The notes under the pieces were generated by a model. That model searched no databases, was not told where the DNA came from, and was given only the letters and a program-made list of their open reading frames with translations. The translations under genes and the position numbers were made by a program. Of a stretch of 64,000 nt of DNA, positions 12,821 to 24,157 are shown in pieces. Source of the DNA: Selaginella moellendorffii (lineage: Eukaryota; Plantae; Lycopodiophyta); contig NW_003314265.1 of assembly GCF_000143415.4 (NCBI RefSeq), forward strand, positions 1,198,446-1,262,445, read 5' to 3'. The first letter of the stretch is position 1. Each line of letters begins with the position of its first letter.

Positions 12821-14301
12821 TCAGCTGGATCCATTTAGAATCCCGTCAATGTCTGGCGTGACTACGAGCCTCTGTCCTACATCGCCCAGGAACGCGCACT
12901 TCTTGTTGTTCGAGTCGATCGCGACCAGTTCTTGCGAGAAGACACAGCGAGTTCCCGGGTAGACCTGTTGTTTCAAAGTGGAAAGCTTGTAAGGGAAATG
13001 CTCTTGGCTTCAACGTAAAACTTACGTTCATCACGGAATCACCAAGGTGAAGCTTGACTGCTCCGCTTTTGTAGATGCGGAGCTTGCCCATCATGCCTTG
13101 CGGTAACTTGTCGAGACTCGTGGTGGCACTAGTGGATGGTAGCAAGGAAGGCAACTGGAGGAACAGGAGCCTGTCCTCGACATTTTCTGTCTGTGTAAAT
13201 GGGATGAAAAATCAAAAGCTGGAAAAGGAAGTTTCACTCACCTCCAGACCAAGCTCCTTTGCTGGCGGAACCAGATCCTCCTCAAAAACTCTGTCGTCGT
13301 CGTCTTCGTCGTCCGAGAACTCTGGTTTGTTCATTCGAGATTAGAGTCGATTGAAAGACGTGCGAACGGAGCTCCAACCTGTTCCAACGCCGGGAGGCCG
13401 GCGCAGAGGAAGAGATATCGGCTTGTTCGAGTCGTCCTATACGATCAAGCTGGATGAGAGGAGCCGAGAGAAGGAGAAACGTCTTCTTGCTTACCACAGT
13501 TTCAAATATTCCAATCCGGGGCTTGGCAACGTTCTCTTCTCCTGAAGCACAACGCTAGATTCTTAGAAGCAAGAACTCGAAAGCCTGATACCTGTTTGCG
13601 TTTTGATAGCCGGCGGACCTCGCCATCCTCCGCCACCGCCACCACCGCCGCCGCCACCCCCACCCCCACCTCCACTGCCAGATCCACCTCCACTGCTGCT
13701 TCGTTTCGCAAATCCAGCAGGAACTTTGGCAACAGCGGCCCCGGAGCCAGATCCAAACGCGACTCGGGTAGTGGCAACTGCTTTCCAGAAGAAAATCACG
13801 ACAAAGAAAGGAAAGCAATCTTAAGTTGATATACCTCTGTTCTCGTTCGATCGAAATCCTCGTCCTTTAGAAGCAAAAGCGTCCTAGAAGACAAACAGAG
13901 AAACTTTGTGAGCAAGAGCTGGATTGTCTTGATTCATACCTGGATTAATTTCTGTGCATCAGCGTCATTCACCTCTCCAGTCTCGCTGGCAAATTCACAC
14001 ATAGAACTTCAGTAAGATCCTAGCAAGGAGAAACGAAAAAAAAAAGAAAATGCCTTTTAACTTCGGTTTTCTTCGGTCTCCGGGGAGCAACCTTGGGCTC
14101 AAATTTCTACACACAAAAAACTTCCCTCTTCATTCTCATCATTTGATCCACAGCGACATTTCATACCTTCGTCGCCGGCGATGGCGCCGCTGGAGCTGGC
14201 ACTGGCGCATCCAATCCACTGGCGCCATCGTCCAGCTCCTTCTTGACGATCGGGGCGGCGCGTCCGCGGCCACGGCCCCGGCCCCGGCCCCTAGAAGCCA
14301 T
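12821..14301 (-). CDS. RPC4: RNA polymerase III subunit RPC4 (RPC53), multi-exon
   Basis: N-terminus MASRGRGRGRG...KFEPKVAPRR. C-terminal RPC4 domain LFLQLPSLLP...MGKLRIYKSGAVKLHLGD...QRLVVTPDID. Short introns. Confidence 0.85.
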
Positions 14302-14361
14302 TCATCCTGGCGTTTTGGGTTTAGGGCTTCCTTTATTTGCGACCGATCCCGCTCGATCGCC

Positions 14362-15196
14362 ATGGCGAAGCGCTTCTCTTCCGGATTGCAAGCAATGAAG
14401 GTGAGCGCGATCTCCATCCTCTCGTGATTCTAACGAGCGCAAGCGCGATCGCTTGCCCCAGTTCATGCAACGCGGCCGCGATGCCGCCAAGAAGGGAGAG
14501 GAGGACAAAGGGGATGACGATCACTGGGTATCATCCACAGCGCCGTCCAGCCGCAGATGGTACAAACAAAAGCTTCCATGCATTTCTTCTTCTCATTCCC
14601 ATGAATACTTCCAACACAGAGGTATTCATCGAGGAGGTTTCTCCATCCCCATTTCTAACCTTCTCTTCGTTGTTCTTCCATCTCTTCTAGCGTCGTGATC
14701 ATGGAAGGGGATCCAAAGCCCGCTGCTTCGCTCGGGCGCATGTCTTTCCAGAACTACAACCCAAGCATCGATGTAAGCAAACGTGTTTGTTTCTTCGCCG
14801 ATCAAGCTATGTAACTCTGGAGCTTTGTGTAGAAAATCCATGAAGATATCCAGGCGAGAAGGTTTCCAAAGGCCGCAAGTTCTAGTGACGAGCAACAAGC
14901 TGACAACGAAACGTACGTGTTTGAGTGAGATGATCCAAAAACCTGTGTCTAAAACTATGTGAATCCACAGCAAGGACAGTGACGAGAGAACCAAAGCCGA
15001 GAGCTCAACCAGCGCTGGAAACACGAAAGAAGAGAACCAACAGCAGCCTGCAAGCAAGAAACGCAAAGCCGAGAACCACCACAAACCTCCAGAGAAACCC
15101 ACTCCAAAAAATCCAATCAACAGGCAAACTCCAGCGTCCCAGAACAGATTCGACGCCATACGAGCTCAAGGATTCAGGAAACCTCCAAAGTTCTAA
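14362..15196 (+). CDS. MPP6: M-phase phosphoprotein 6 (MPP6)-like nuclear exosome cofactor, multi-exon
   Basis: Spliced reading MAKRFSSGLQAMK|FMQR...GRMSFQNYNPSID...GFRKPPKF* matches the MPP6 MKFMQR and GRMSF..FNP motifs. Confidence 0.75.
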
Positions 15197-15232
15197 TTGG
15201 TAACATAGAGTTTGCAAAAGTACCTCTCACGG

Positions 15233-16511
15233 TCACGAGCTTTGACGATTTTCCCCCAGCGCTTGCCATCTTAGCTCCTCCACGGCCGCTTGAATCTGCT
15301 GCGTGATGTGCGAGTAGAGCCAGCCCAGAGAATTGTCGTCGAGAGCCACCAGGTGCTGGGGCCCGGGCCTCCTCGCGGCCAGATCCATCTTGAAAGCGTT
15401 GCAGCTCAGCGGGAATGGCGATGGGCTGCTAGCACTGAACTTCATCGCCGTGTCTCGCAAGCTGGCCATGTCGAACTCCATCGGCTCGCCGACGACAATG
15501 GTGATCTTCTTCCCGGCCAGAGGGAGCAGCGGTCTCCTCCCAAACATGTACTTCTCGGGCATTACCTGTGCGCTCTCGTCAGGCTCAACGAGAACGCGAA
15601 GAACACACGACTTGCCTGGTCGAATCCAGTGTGACCGATCGGCAGCACGATTGGAGGAACAGCAGCGCGAGCGACGAGAGATCCGACCCCCCACTTAAAT
15701 CGTCTCAGTGGTCCGTGCTCTTGGCAGACTTTGCCTTCTGGAAACGTATGCATCTGGAAAAGAAATGTAAGTTTCTATGCGAAGAACTTTCGATTCTATG
15801 AGAAAACTCTCGAGTGTAGCGAAGAACTTCTTACCCATTCTCCCTCGTTGATTCTGTCCAGTGCCTCGTCCATGAAGGGCTGATAGATTCCAGCTCCTCG
15901 CCTGATTGGAATGCACTTCCCTGGAAGAAGCGAAAGGGAAAGAATTTAGTACGAAGCACGCGAAAGCTCGATCGATCGATCGGAGCACATACCTACCGAC
16001 GCGAAAGAAATAGGAAAAGAGTGGATTCGTGAAGCAAATGTCCTCGGCGGCGAGAATCCATCGCGAGAGGCGAGCGTTGGTGACGGGAAATCCCTTGAAC
16101 GCCCACATTAGCGGATCGTCCAAGCTGGGAAAAGAAACAAGAGGTCACTCGATCGATCCATTTCTTCCGCAGGAAGCAAGAATGTCGGCAAGAAATTTCC
16201 AAACCCTAGCGAGAGATCGAGAGATCTTACGTCGATGTGTGATTGCTGACGGTGATGAGCGGCGTGCCGGGCGGCCTGGCGGTGACGAGATGGAGCAGAG
16301 TGTCCGCGTTGTGGACGTGAGACGAATTGAGCAGCGTCACGGCGATCCTGGCCAGGCTGCCGATGGTGAAGATCGCAATGCGCCGCGGAGCTCCGCTCAG
16401 GTGGGAGGGATGCGCCGCCCAGAGCATGGAGGAATCGCCACCGCTGCCGCCGGACATTGGCGGAGGAGCCGCCCCTCCGCCAAATAGCCGCCTCCACAGC
16501 GACAAATCCAT
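15233..16511 (-). CDS. Tafazzin-like lysophospholipid acyltransferase (PlsC family), multi-exon
   Basis: VSNHTST|LDDPLMW (NHxxxxD motif), RWILAAEDICFTN, HTFPEGKV, PIGHTGFDQ, KITIVVGEP. Confidence 0.9.
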
Positions 16512-16595
16512 TCTCTTCGTTCTCTAATTAATCCGTCGTTAAGCGGTAAGCCTACGCCAAAGAAAAATCAGTAACCCTAAAGCATATTCTTAGCC

Positions 16596-18275
16596 TCAGT
16601 AGTATCTCCACGTCAGCTTCGCCTGGCGGAGGTCTTTGATCTTCCTTGTTGCGTGCGCGCGCATCGCCGAGTCGCCGAATTTCTTGGCGCCGCGGAGGAT
16701 GATCTCCCACGCCCGGTGCGTCGGGCAGTAGGGCATGCAATCCACCAGCGCCTCGGCGTTGTGGAGCTGCCGTTTGACGACCAGGAGCTCGATCATGGCG
16801 TGGTAGTGCTCCACCAGCGGCGCGACGAAGAAATCGCCCACCATCGCCAGGAACCCCAGCCACGCCTCGCGCAGGAGCTTCGATTCGAGGCAGCCGTCAA
16901 GGTAGCACACGAAGCTCACATCATTCGGCGCCTCCCCGGCGAGATTCATCTCTTGGAAGAACGCCACGAATTCGTCCCCCATCCCCTGCCCGCCATAGCC
17001 CCCGAGCATCGCATTCCATGACACGAGGCTCCTCTCCGGAATCGAATCGAATATCTTGCGCGCGGCGGCCGCGCCCTCGCAGATGAAGCACGCCGCTAGC
17101 ATCGAATGCCAAGAATGCGCATCCTTCCTGGGCATTGTCTCGAAGATCACCCTTGCCGGGGCGATATGCCCGGACCGGGCATACCCCTGGATCATGATAT
17201 TCGCATATACCAGGCACTCACGCGGGAGTTTTTCAAACATTGCCCTAGCGTGGTCCATATGCCCATTGTGGGCATATGCCTGGAGCATTGCGGCCCAGGA
17301 GTTAACGTCCCGGTATGGCATCCGCGAGAACCAGTCCCGAGCGGCCATGGCCATGCCGGCTTCCGTATACGCTATGAGCACGCCGATCCACGACACGTCA
17401 TTGGGCTGGGGCATGAGCTGGAAGATCTCCACCGCCCGGTGCGGACGGCCAGCGTGCGCGTACGTGGCGATCATCGAGTTCCACGATACCACATTTTGCT
17501 GTGGCATCCGGTCGAATATGCTCCGCGCCTCGTCCAGCTGGCCGGACTTGCCGTAGGCGACGATCATGGCCGTCCACGTCAGCAGGCTCCTCAACGGCAT
17601 GATATCGAACATGTGGCGCGTCTCACGGAGGTAGCCGTGCTCCGCGAACGCGCGGCACATGACCGTCCACGTCACCGCATCGCGGCGTGGCGCCTCCTTG
17701 AACGTGGATTTGGCGTCATCCAGCCGTCCGTGCTGGAAGTAGGCGTTCACCATGGCCGTCCAGGAGACCACATCGCGCTCGGGCATCTTGTGGAATGTGC
17801 GCTGGGATCCCTCCAGATCCCCGTTCTGGGCATATGCGCGAATCATGGTTGTCCACGTCACAAGGTCCCGGTTGGGTATCGAGTCGAAGATCCGCCGCGC
17901 GTCGTCGAGATTCCCGTCCCTGGCATAGCCGGCGAGGATGATGTTCCATGAGTAGATGTTAGGGTTTGCGATGGCGGCGAAGACCTCCCGAGCTTCTTGG
18001 ACGCCCCCACACTTGCGGTACATCACTACCAGGAGATTGAGGAGGTAGCGATTGGATCGGTGCTCGCTATCGTCCAGCCGCTTGTGGGCGTGCTTGAGAT
18101 TGGCTAAATCCTTGGGCTCCCCGCACGATTTGAGGAGGCGATCGAAGAAGTAGACGTCCTCGGTCTCTTGCTCGCGCAGCTGCTGCTCTAGCATCGCTGT
18201 GATGATCTCGGTGCTGTCCCTGGAGGATGAAACATTGGCGATCGCTGCGGTACTGAACGATCTGGTCGGACGCAT
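16596..18275 (-). CDS. PLS-class pentatricopeptide repeat protein with E-like C-terminus, single exon
   Basis: Repeated A..F..MP.R..VSW..M..AYA..G motifs and a C-terminal P.VEHY..MIELL...AEALV..MPY.P...W segment. No DYW domain. First ATG at 18275. Confidence 0.9.
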   Translation of the reverse strand: MRPTRSFSTAAIANVSSSRDSTEIITAMLEQQLREQETEDVYFFDRLLKSCGEPKDLANLKHAHKRLDDSEHRSNRYLLNLLVVMYRKCGGVQEAREVFAAIANPNIYSWNIILAGYARDGNLDDARRIFDSIPNRDLVTWTTMIRAYAQNGDLEGSQRTFHKMPERDVVSWTAMVNAYFQHGRLDDAKSTFKEAPRRDAVTWTVMCRAFAEHGYLRETRHMFDIMPLRSLLTWTAMIVAYGKSGQLDEARSIFDRMPQQNVVSWNSMIATYAHAGRPHRAVEIFQLMPQPNDVSWIGVLIAYTEAGMAMAARDWFSRMPYRDVNSWAAMLQAYAHNGHMDHARAMFEKLPRECLVYANIMIQGYARSGHIAPARVIFETMPRKDAHSWHSMLAACFICEGAAAARKIFDSIPERSLVSWNAMLGGYGGQGMGDEFVAFFQEMNLAGEAPNDVSFVCYLDGCLESKLLREAWLGFLAMVGDFFVAPLVEHYHAMIELLVVKRQLHNAEALVDCMPYCPTHRAWEIILRGAKKFGDSAMRAHATRKIKDLRQAKLTWRYY

Positions 18276-18332
18276 CGCGAGAGCGATCTTCAACTCATTC
18301 GGTAGAGAATAGCGCGAAAATTCAAATTTAAA

Positions 18333-19796
18333 TTATACCCAGCGAAGAACCCTAAACATGTCTCCATGAATACGCGACCAATCCAGCAGCGATGTCCATT
18401 CGATCTCGCTCGCACGAAAGGGCATTTTCTCGATCAGTTCCTGGGCGTCTCCCTGCCGATTGGCGCGACCCATGAGATGGATCATACACGCGTAGTGATC
18501 TTCGCAGGGTGAGATCCCGTGATCCGCGATCATTGAGATGAAGCAGTCGCGGCCAGTGTCAATCTTCCCGAAATAGCAGTAGCCCACAAGGATCCCAATG
18601 TAGGTCCGCTCGTTGGGCATGGATCCCTCCAAGATCATCGATTGGAGCAACGAGAGCGCGCACTGGAGCCGACCGGCTTGGGCGTGCGCCTGGATGAGAG
18701 CATTCATCGCGGAAATGCAGGGCTCGGGTATGGATTCGTGGATTTCTCGCGCTCGATCTAGACATCCCGACCTAGCGTGTGCCGTGAGGTGCGCGCTCAT
18801 TGAAATCTGGTCATGTTGCGGCATCTTCGCGTAGATAGCCGCCGCATGATCGAGAAGCCCGGCGATCGAGCAGCCGTCAAGTAGAGCCGTCCACGCCGCG
18901 ATGTTTTTGGAAGGCATAGCGTCGAAGAGCGACCTGGATCGATCCAGCTGCTTGCGCTGCGCGTGGGCCGCGATCAAGATCGTCCAGGAGGCCGCTGTTG
19001 GCTCGGGCATTTGATCGAAAAGCGTGACTGCGTCCTCCAGCCGGCCGCATTGGCCGTGGATCTTAATCATCGTGTTCCAAGAAAAAGAGCTTCTTTGAGG
19101 AACTCTAGCGAACATCAGGGTCACAAAATCCAGATCTCCGGCGAGAGATAGCGCGTGGATCATGCTCGCCCAGGCGATCTCGTCGCGCTGCGGCATAGAA
19201 TCGAAGCAGCGCTTCGCTCGATCGAACTGACCGCTTTCGGCGAGGAGCGTGATCAAGGCGGTGGCTGCCCGGGCGCTGTGCCAAGGCGCGAGCTGGAAGA
19301 AGACCAAAGAGATGCCCAAATCTCTAAGCGAAGAGCACATTGTGTTCCAGGAGATCTCGTCCCTCTGGGGCATCGCCAAGAAGAAATCCCTTGCACTATC
19401 GCCCGGAAGAACCTCCAGCAGCGTGTTCCAGGACACCACATCGTGCGCAGGGAAGATCGCAAAGATCGCCCTGGCCGCGGCAATATGCCCATTCCGGGCA
19501 TACGCCGCGAGCAAAGCGTTCCAGGAGAAGACATTGCGGCACGCCATCGCATCGAAGATCTCGCGCGCGCCGGCTACGCTGCCTGATCGCCCATACCTTG
19601 TCAACAGGAGATTGGCGAGGTAGCGATCGCGGTGCCAGCGATCGCTCTCGAGCAGCTGCTGGTGGAATGCCTGGGATGACCTGCATTGCTCGATCCTACT
19701 CTCCAGCTGATGGATCGCTGGGATCCTCACGCGACCTATTGATGGATCGATCGGGTAAGAGCGCAAAGAAGAAAATTTCTCTGGGAAACAATCCAA
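18333..19796 (-). CDS. PLS-class PPR protein with E-like C-terminus, start codon uncertain
   Basis: Tandem short PPR motifs and a C-terminal HGISPCEDHYACMIHLMGRA...MPF...W.SLL segment. The ORF opens at TTG and the first in-frame ATG lies about 83 codons in. Confidence 0.8.
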   Translation of the reverse strand: MDCFPEKFSSLRSYPIDPSIGRVRIPAIHQLESRIEQCRSSQAFHQQLLESDRWHRDRYLANLLLTRYGRSGSVAGAREIFDAMACRNVFSWNALLAAYARNGHIAAARAIFAIFPAHDVVSWNTLLEVLPGDSARDFFLAMPQRDEISWNTMCSSLRDLGISLVFFQLAPWHSARAATALITLLAESGQFDRAKRCFDSMPQRDEIAWASMIHALSLAGDLDFVTLMFARVPQRSSFSWNTMIKIHGQCGRLEDAVTLFDQMPEPTAASWTILIAAHAQRKQLDRSRSLFDAMPSKNIAAWTALLDGCSIAGLLDHAAAIYAKMPQHDQISMSAHLTAHARSGCLDRAREIHESIPEPCISAMNALIQAHAQAGRLQCALSLLQSMILEGSMPNERTYIGILVGYCYFGKIDTGRDCFISMIADHGISPCEDHYACMIHLMGRANRQGDAQELIEKMPFRASEIEWTSLLDWSRIHGDMFRVLRWV

Positions 19797-19840
19797 TTCA
19801 CAAGGAGATGCTCAAAAGAGGGATCCAAAAAAAAAACCTT

Positions 19841-20143
19841 CTACTTTTTTAGTTGTGGAGGCAGCGGCCACTTTGGAATCCCGTTCATCATGTAAGAACA
19901 ATCCGTGTAGGCGGATCCGGCGCCCAATCCCAGCGAGAAAGCCATGGCCGACCATCTGGAGCTGGGAGATCTAAACAAGACGAGCGACGCGAGGAGGCCG
20001 CCGAAGCCTGAGTAGACAATGCGCTTGAGCGTGATCTCGCAGCAAGCCTCGCATTTGCGATCCAGGGACAGCTCCTTGGGCAGCGGCTTCTCCGGCGATT
20101 GATTTTGCTGCTTGGCGATGTCCTTCTTTGGTGGATTCCCCAT
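19841..20143 (-). CDS. MIC10: MICOS subunit Mic10 (DUF543)
   Basis: LDRKCEAC...LKRIVYSGFGGLLASLVLFRS...RW...GLGAGSAYTDC gives two hydrophobic segments with the GxGxG motif. A short 3' exon is possible. Confidence 0.85.
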   Translation of the reverse strand: MGNPPKKDIAKQQNQSPEKPLPKELSLDRKCEACCEITLKRIVYSGFGGLLASLVLFRSPSSRWSAMAFSLGLGAGSAYTDCSYMMNGIPKWPLPPQLKK

Positions 20144-20281
20144 CTCTTTAGGGTTCTTTCATTGCCGTTTGGGATCTCCACCTAGGGTTTCTTCTTGGCA
20201 AACGGACGGGCGAGATCTCTTTTGCTCAACGGACGGGGGAGCTGTTCAACGGCTGGGATCTCATCTCCCGCGCATTTGCAT

Positions 20282-23200
20282 TTAAAATGTGGCTCTTCGG
20301 CAAGCCAGTTTCTCGAGCTCGTTTTGCAAAGCTTGGACTTCTTTGTCTCGCTTGTTGTCTCGAAGAGGAGAAACGCTGCTACAATCCTGCTGTGGCGGCG
20401 GTGGCGGTGGTGGCGATGGGGGAATTGCTACTGGAGCGTCTTCCAGGTAGAAATTCCCCTTGAAATCGCCACCAGCGTTTTGAATTTCGTGGGAGGGATT
20501 GGACCTCGTCATCAGGTTCTGTATCGCCTTTGGAGGAGTGTATTCGTCCAAAAGCTTCGCGAGGCTGTCTTCGTATTGTTGGATCTATAGGGATTTAGAG
20601 ATAAGTTGCTGCGTAGTATAGGAAAATCCATACCTGGAGCTGATGCCGAGGATCAAACTTGACAAGGCCTGCCTGCTGGAGAAACCAAAAATCAAGTTCT
20701 TCAAAGAAAAACGAGAACGAAGCACCATACCTTTTTCACGTTTTGCAACCACTGGCTGAGCGCCATGACCAAGCTCACAACACAGCCCTGGTCGATCTGC
20801 GACGCTTCAGCTTGCTGCAAAGCGGCCTCCACTTGATAAACATGGGCCCTGGCTTCCTTCTCTTTGAGCTGGCTATCAACGAGTTCCTCTTCCTTCTTCA
20901 CGAGCTCCCTGTCATGGACACACAGATGTATGTTGAGGAGAAACAATTACGACCGCAATGAAGATATGGTCACCTTTGAAGAGAGTTCACTTTCTGCAAT
21001 GAATCCTCCAAGTTCTTCCGTAACAAATCCAGTTGCCTGCAAAATGTATGTTCTCAGTCGATAGCTAAGTGACGATCGAAGTTCCAAACCTTTCCTTTTT
21101 TCTGAGCTCCACCATGTCCCTGGACATGATTTCCTTCTCCCGCTGCAGCTTAAGATTTTGCTTCCGGTAGTTTTCTAGCCTTTTCGTAGTCCATTCCTGT
21201 CCAGAGATCTTTTCAATCCTTGTCAGTGCTTCGTGTGCGTAAGCCAACTGGAATACCTTCTCCGACTTTCCTGTCGACTGCGGTAACTCTTGTTCCAGGC
21301 CCTGGCACTTGGACTTCATTTGCAGCATTTTCATTTCCATTTCAACCATCTGTGGCCTCACAATCAGCACAAAGATATGGTAAAAAAAATCATACCTTTA
21401 CTTCGTACTCTGCAGCACACTCTAGCAAAGCGATTTGAAGCTCCTCGACTTTGCTCTTGTACGCTTCTTTCGATTCGTCAAAATCCTGCGAGTGAGATAT
21501 TATTGCGAAACACAAGGTCGTCAGGAAGAATAGAAGATACCAGCTCAATCGGTGCCGGGACGTTAACAAATGTGGGGAATTGTCTGGTCGGCACAGGCTC
21601 AAAACAATCCTCGGCTGTTGTAAAACACAAGAGTTTGTTAGCGGAACCGAAAAAAAAGAGAGCTTCGACTTCTTACCGATGAAAATGGTTTCACTTATAG
21701 CGGGGTGGCCATTGTCCATCAAGAACGGGAAATCGGCAGATTCATGCATCTCAAACTCGGACTCGTAGCCTGCGGCATTTCGCACCACCTCCAAAGTCTC
21801 CTTTTTTCTTTTCAAAGGTCTCTCAGCTGTGAAGTTGCCCTTTTCGTACAACGCCTCGTTCACATATGAGCACTCTTGCGACCTTGGCTGCTGTTTCTCG
21901 CTGGTTTCATCTCTTTGTCCCACCTCGGCGTTCAGAGCCTCGGGCTCAACACGCCAGTAACTCGAGGAGGTGATGAAAGTATCGTCGGCTTGTTCTTCCT
22001 TCTTGCAATGCTGTGGTTGCTCCGGCTCGGCATCCTGCTTTGTAGGACTGCTTCTTGCCGAATACTTTCCACTGAAATCCCCTTGGAACTCAGGAACGTC
22101 TTCAATCGTAAATCTCTCGGACTCGTTCAAGTTGATGGTGTTCCTACTGCTCCTCTCCTCGGGGACGCTCTGCCGTGTCGAGAGAAGTGTCGACGAGTTT
22201 TGAAGTTCCAGAGACTCCCGGACAGATGATATTTCCGCTGCGCTTTCGGGACCGTTTCTCTCGAGAGTGGCAGCTGCTCTAGCAAAATCTTTCTGGATGC
22301 CCACGAGCAAGGTGTCATTTTGTGATGGTAGCTCTCTTGAAAAGCTCCTGTTGAGTGAGCTGACGTACTCTTTGGAGGACCTGACTTCCATCGGATGCTC
22401 TCCCGGATCTTGCAACCAGATACTCGTTTCATTCTTCTGCGCTGGACTAGATGTTACCTTGCTACAATCTTGGAAAAGCTTCGTCGTTGTCGCAGAATTG
22501 TCACCAGCATTCGCGTCCCTGGCACTACATTCTTTTTGAGAGAAAGCTCTCTCCAAGTTTGTAGCCACATCGATGTACACCTTTTGCATCTCCACCGCGT
22601 CACTGTAAGTCTCGAAACCATTGCTCGGTTGGACGAAGCTCCTCTCGGGGCTGAGACTGACGAAGCTCTTCGGAGTAGTGTCTACGTTCTGGTGCTGCTG
22701 CGCATAGCTCGCGAAACTGGATTCCAGAGGGACTCTTTTTGGAGGACTTGGTTCTCTACCGTGAACTTGGCACGACAAGTTCCTCCTCGGGCTCACTTCC
22801 CTGTGAAGTTGGCACGGGAAGTTCCTCCTCGGGCTTATAACTTCAGACCTGTTTGGAGAAATACTCCCAGTGCTCACTTCCCTGTGAAGCGGGCTCGGGA
22901 AGTCCCTCACTTCACACCGGCTTGGAGAACTCCTTGCAGTGCTTGCTTCCCTGTGAAGTTGGCTCGCGAAGTTCCTCCTCGGGCTCACTTCAGACCGGTT
23001 TGGAGAACTGCTTGCAGTGCTTACTTCCCTGTGAAGTTGGCTCGGGAAGTTCCTCCTCGGGCTCATTTCAACCCTGTTAGGAGAATTGCTCGCATCCCTG
23101 TGAAGCTGGCACTGGAAGTTCCTCCTCGGGCCAGCTTCAGGCCTGGTCGGAGAACTGGCTGTAGAAGTTGCCACCTCGGGAGAGCTCTTCCTCGGAGTAT

Positions 23201-23879
23201 ATCGACCATTTTCCTGTTCCACCACCTTTTGCTTGTTCACGCCGCGAATGGAGCTTAGAAAGTCTGGTCTAGCGCTGCTATTCTCCTTCTCGAATGGCGA
23301 GGCAGGCTTTTGGAAGCCGCCAGAGATCCTGTTCGTGATCCCAGCTCCAAACCTCTGTCCTGGAGAAGGCGCGGCCTTTGGTGGCTGTGGCGAAACCTTC
23401 CTGTCAGATAGAGGAACAAAGTCGGATTTTTCCTTCTCCCAGCTGGAAGCTTTCGCCGTGGAAGAAGAAAGCTTCTTCTCGGCCGGAGAAATCCTCGAGA
23501 AATTCTTGGAAGATGGCTTGATCGTCGCGGTAGTAGCACTGGCGGACATTGGCGGCGGGGCGACCTCCACATACTCGTCTATGTTCTTGAGCGAGTTTAA
23601 GTCGAGAGCTTCCGGGATTTTCTTCGTGGAGGAGTCATCGTCTTCCAGCGAAACCGAGACCCGGACATACTCCTGTGCGCGCTCCTCCTGGGCAGTGCTC
23701 CAGGACTGGACCATCTTCTCCAGCCCATTGGCGATTTGCTCGATCGCATTGTAGTCGAAGATGTGGGAGAAATTTAGCTCGTCCAGCGTCCCAGCGTTGC
23801 TGCCACTGTTCTTCCCCCTCAAGGATCGCTCCTCTTCCCGGCTGTCCAGGGAATCCACACACGTCATAGCGTGAGACAT
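20282..23879 (-). CDS. Large uncharacterised protein: Ser/Pro/Arg-rich disordered region with tandem repeats plus multi-exon coiled-coil C-terminus
   Basis: First exon of about 2.2 kb followed by several short GT-AG-separated exons encoding E/K/Q/L-rich helices. The last exon ends ...KLACRRATF*. Confidence 0.7.
22770..23135 (-). repeat. Coding tandem repeat, about six copies of (S/G)PRRNF.xQLHRE
   Basis: Recurrent plus-strand core CCCTGTGAAGTTGGCTCGGGAAGTTCCTCCTCGGGC, with units up to about 75 bp. Confidence 0.9.
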
Positions 23880-24157
23880 CTACTGCCCTGGATCGATCTT
23901 CTTCCAATCTAATCTAGAGCCCGATCGAGAATGTAGCTGCGAGGAGCGATTTTCCTGGGGGATCGGCATCTAGGGAGAGTAGTGAATGTGATTGATCGCC
24001 TACCTCGCGAGTGCCAGAGCCAAGCCCTATTGCGCATCATAACGGTCAAATCACGTCCGTCGATTTGTTTCATCCGACGGTGCGTTTATATGATCACTTT
24101 CTTCAAGGGATTCGAACTCTGTTCCTTCTACAATTAAATCTCTAGGGTTTTTGGAGA

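Noticed and set aside
13603-13824. Poly-proline ORF on the plus strand
   Set aside because: Antisense of the RG/G-rich exon of RPC4.
21490-21545. Apparent transmembrane segment WYLLFFLTTLCFAII in the 829-aa ORF
   Set aside because: It falls in a GT...CAG intron that the ORF finder read through, so it is not part of the likely spliced protein.
22395-23258. 287-aa plus-strand ORF with repeats
   Set aside because: Antisense shadow of the coding tandem repeat.
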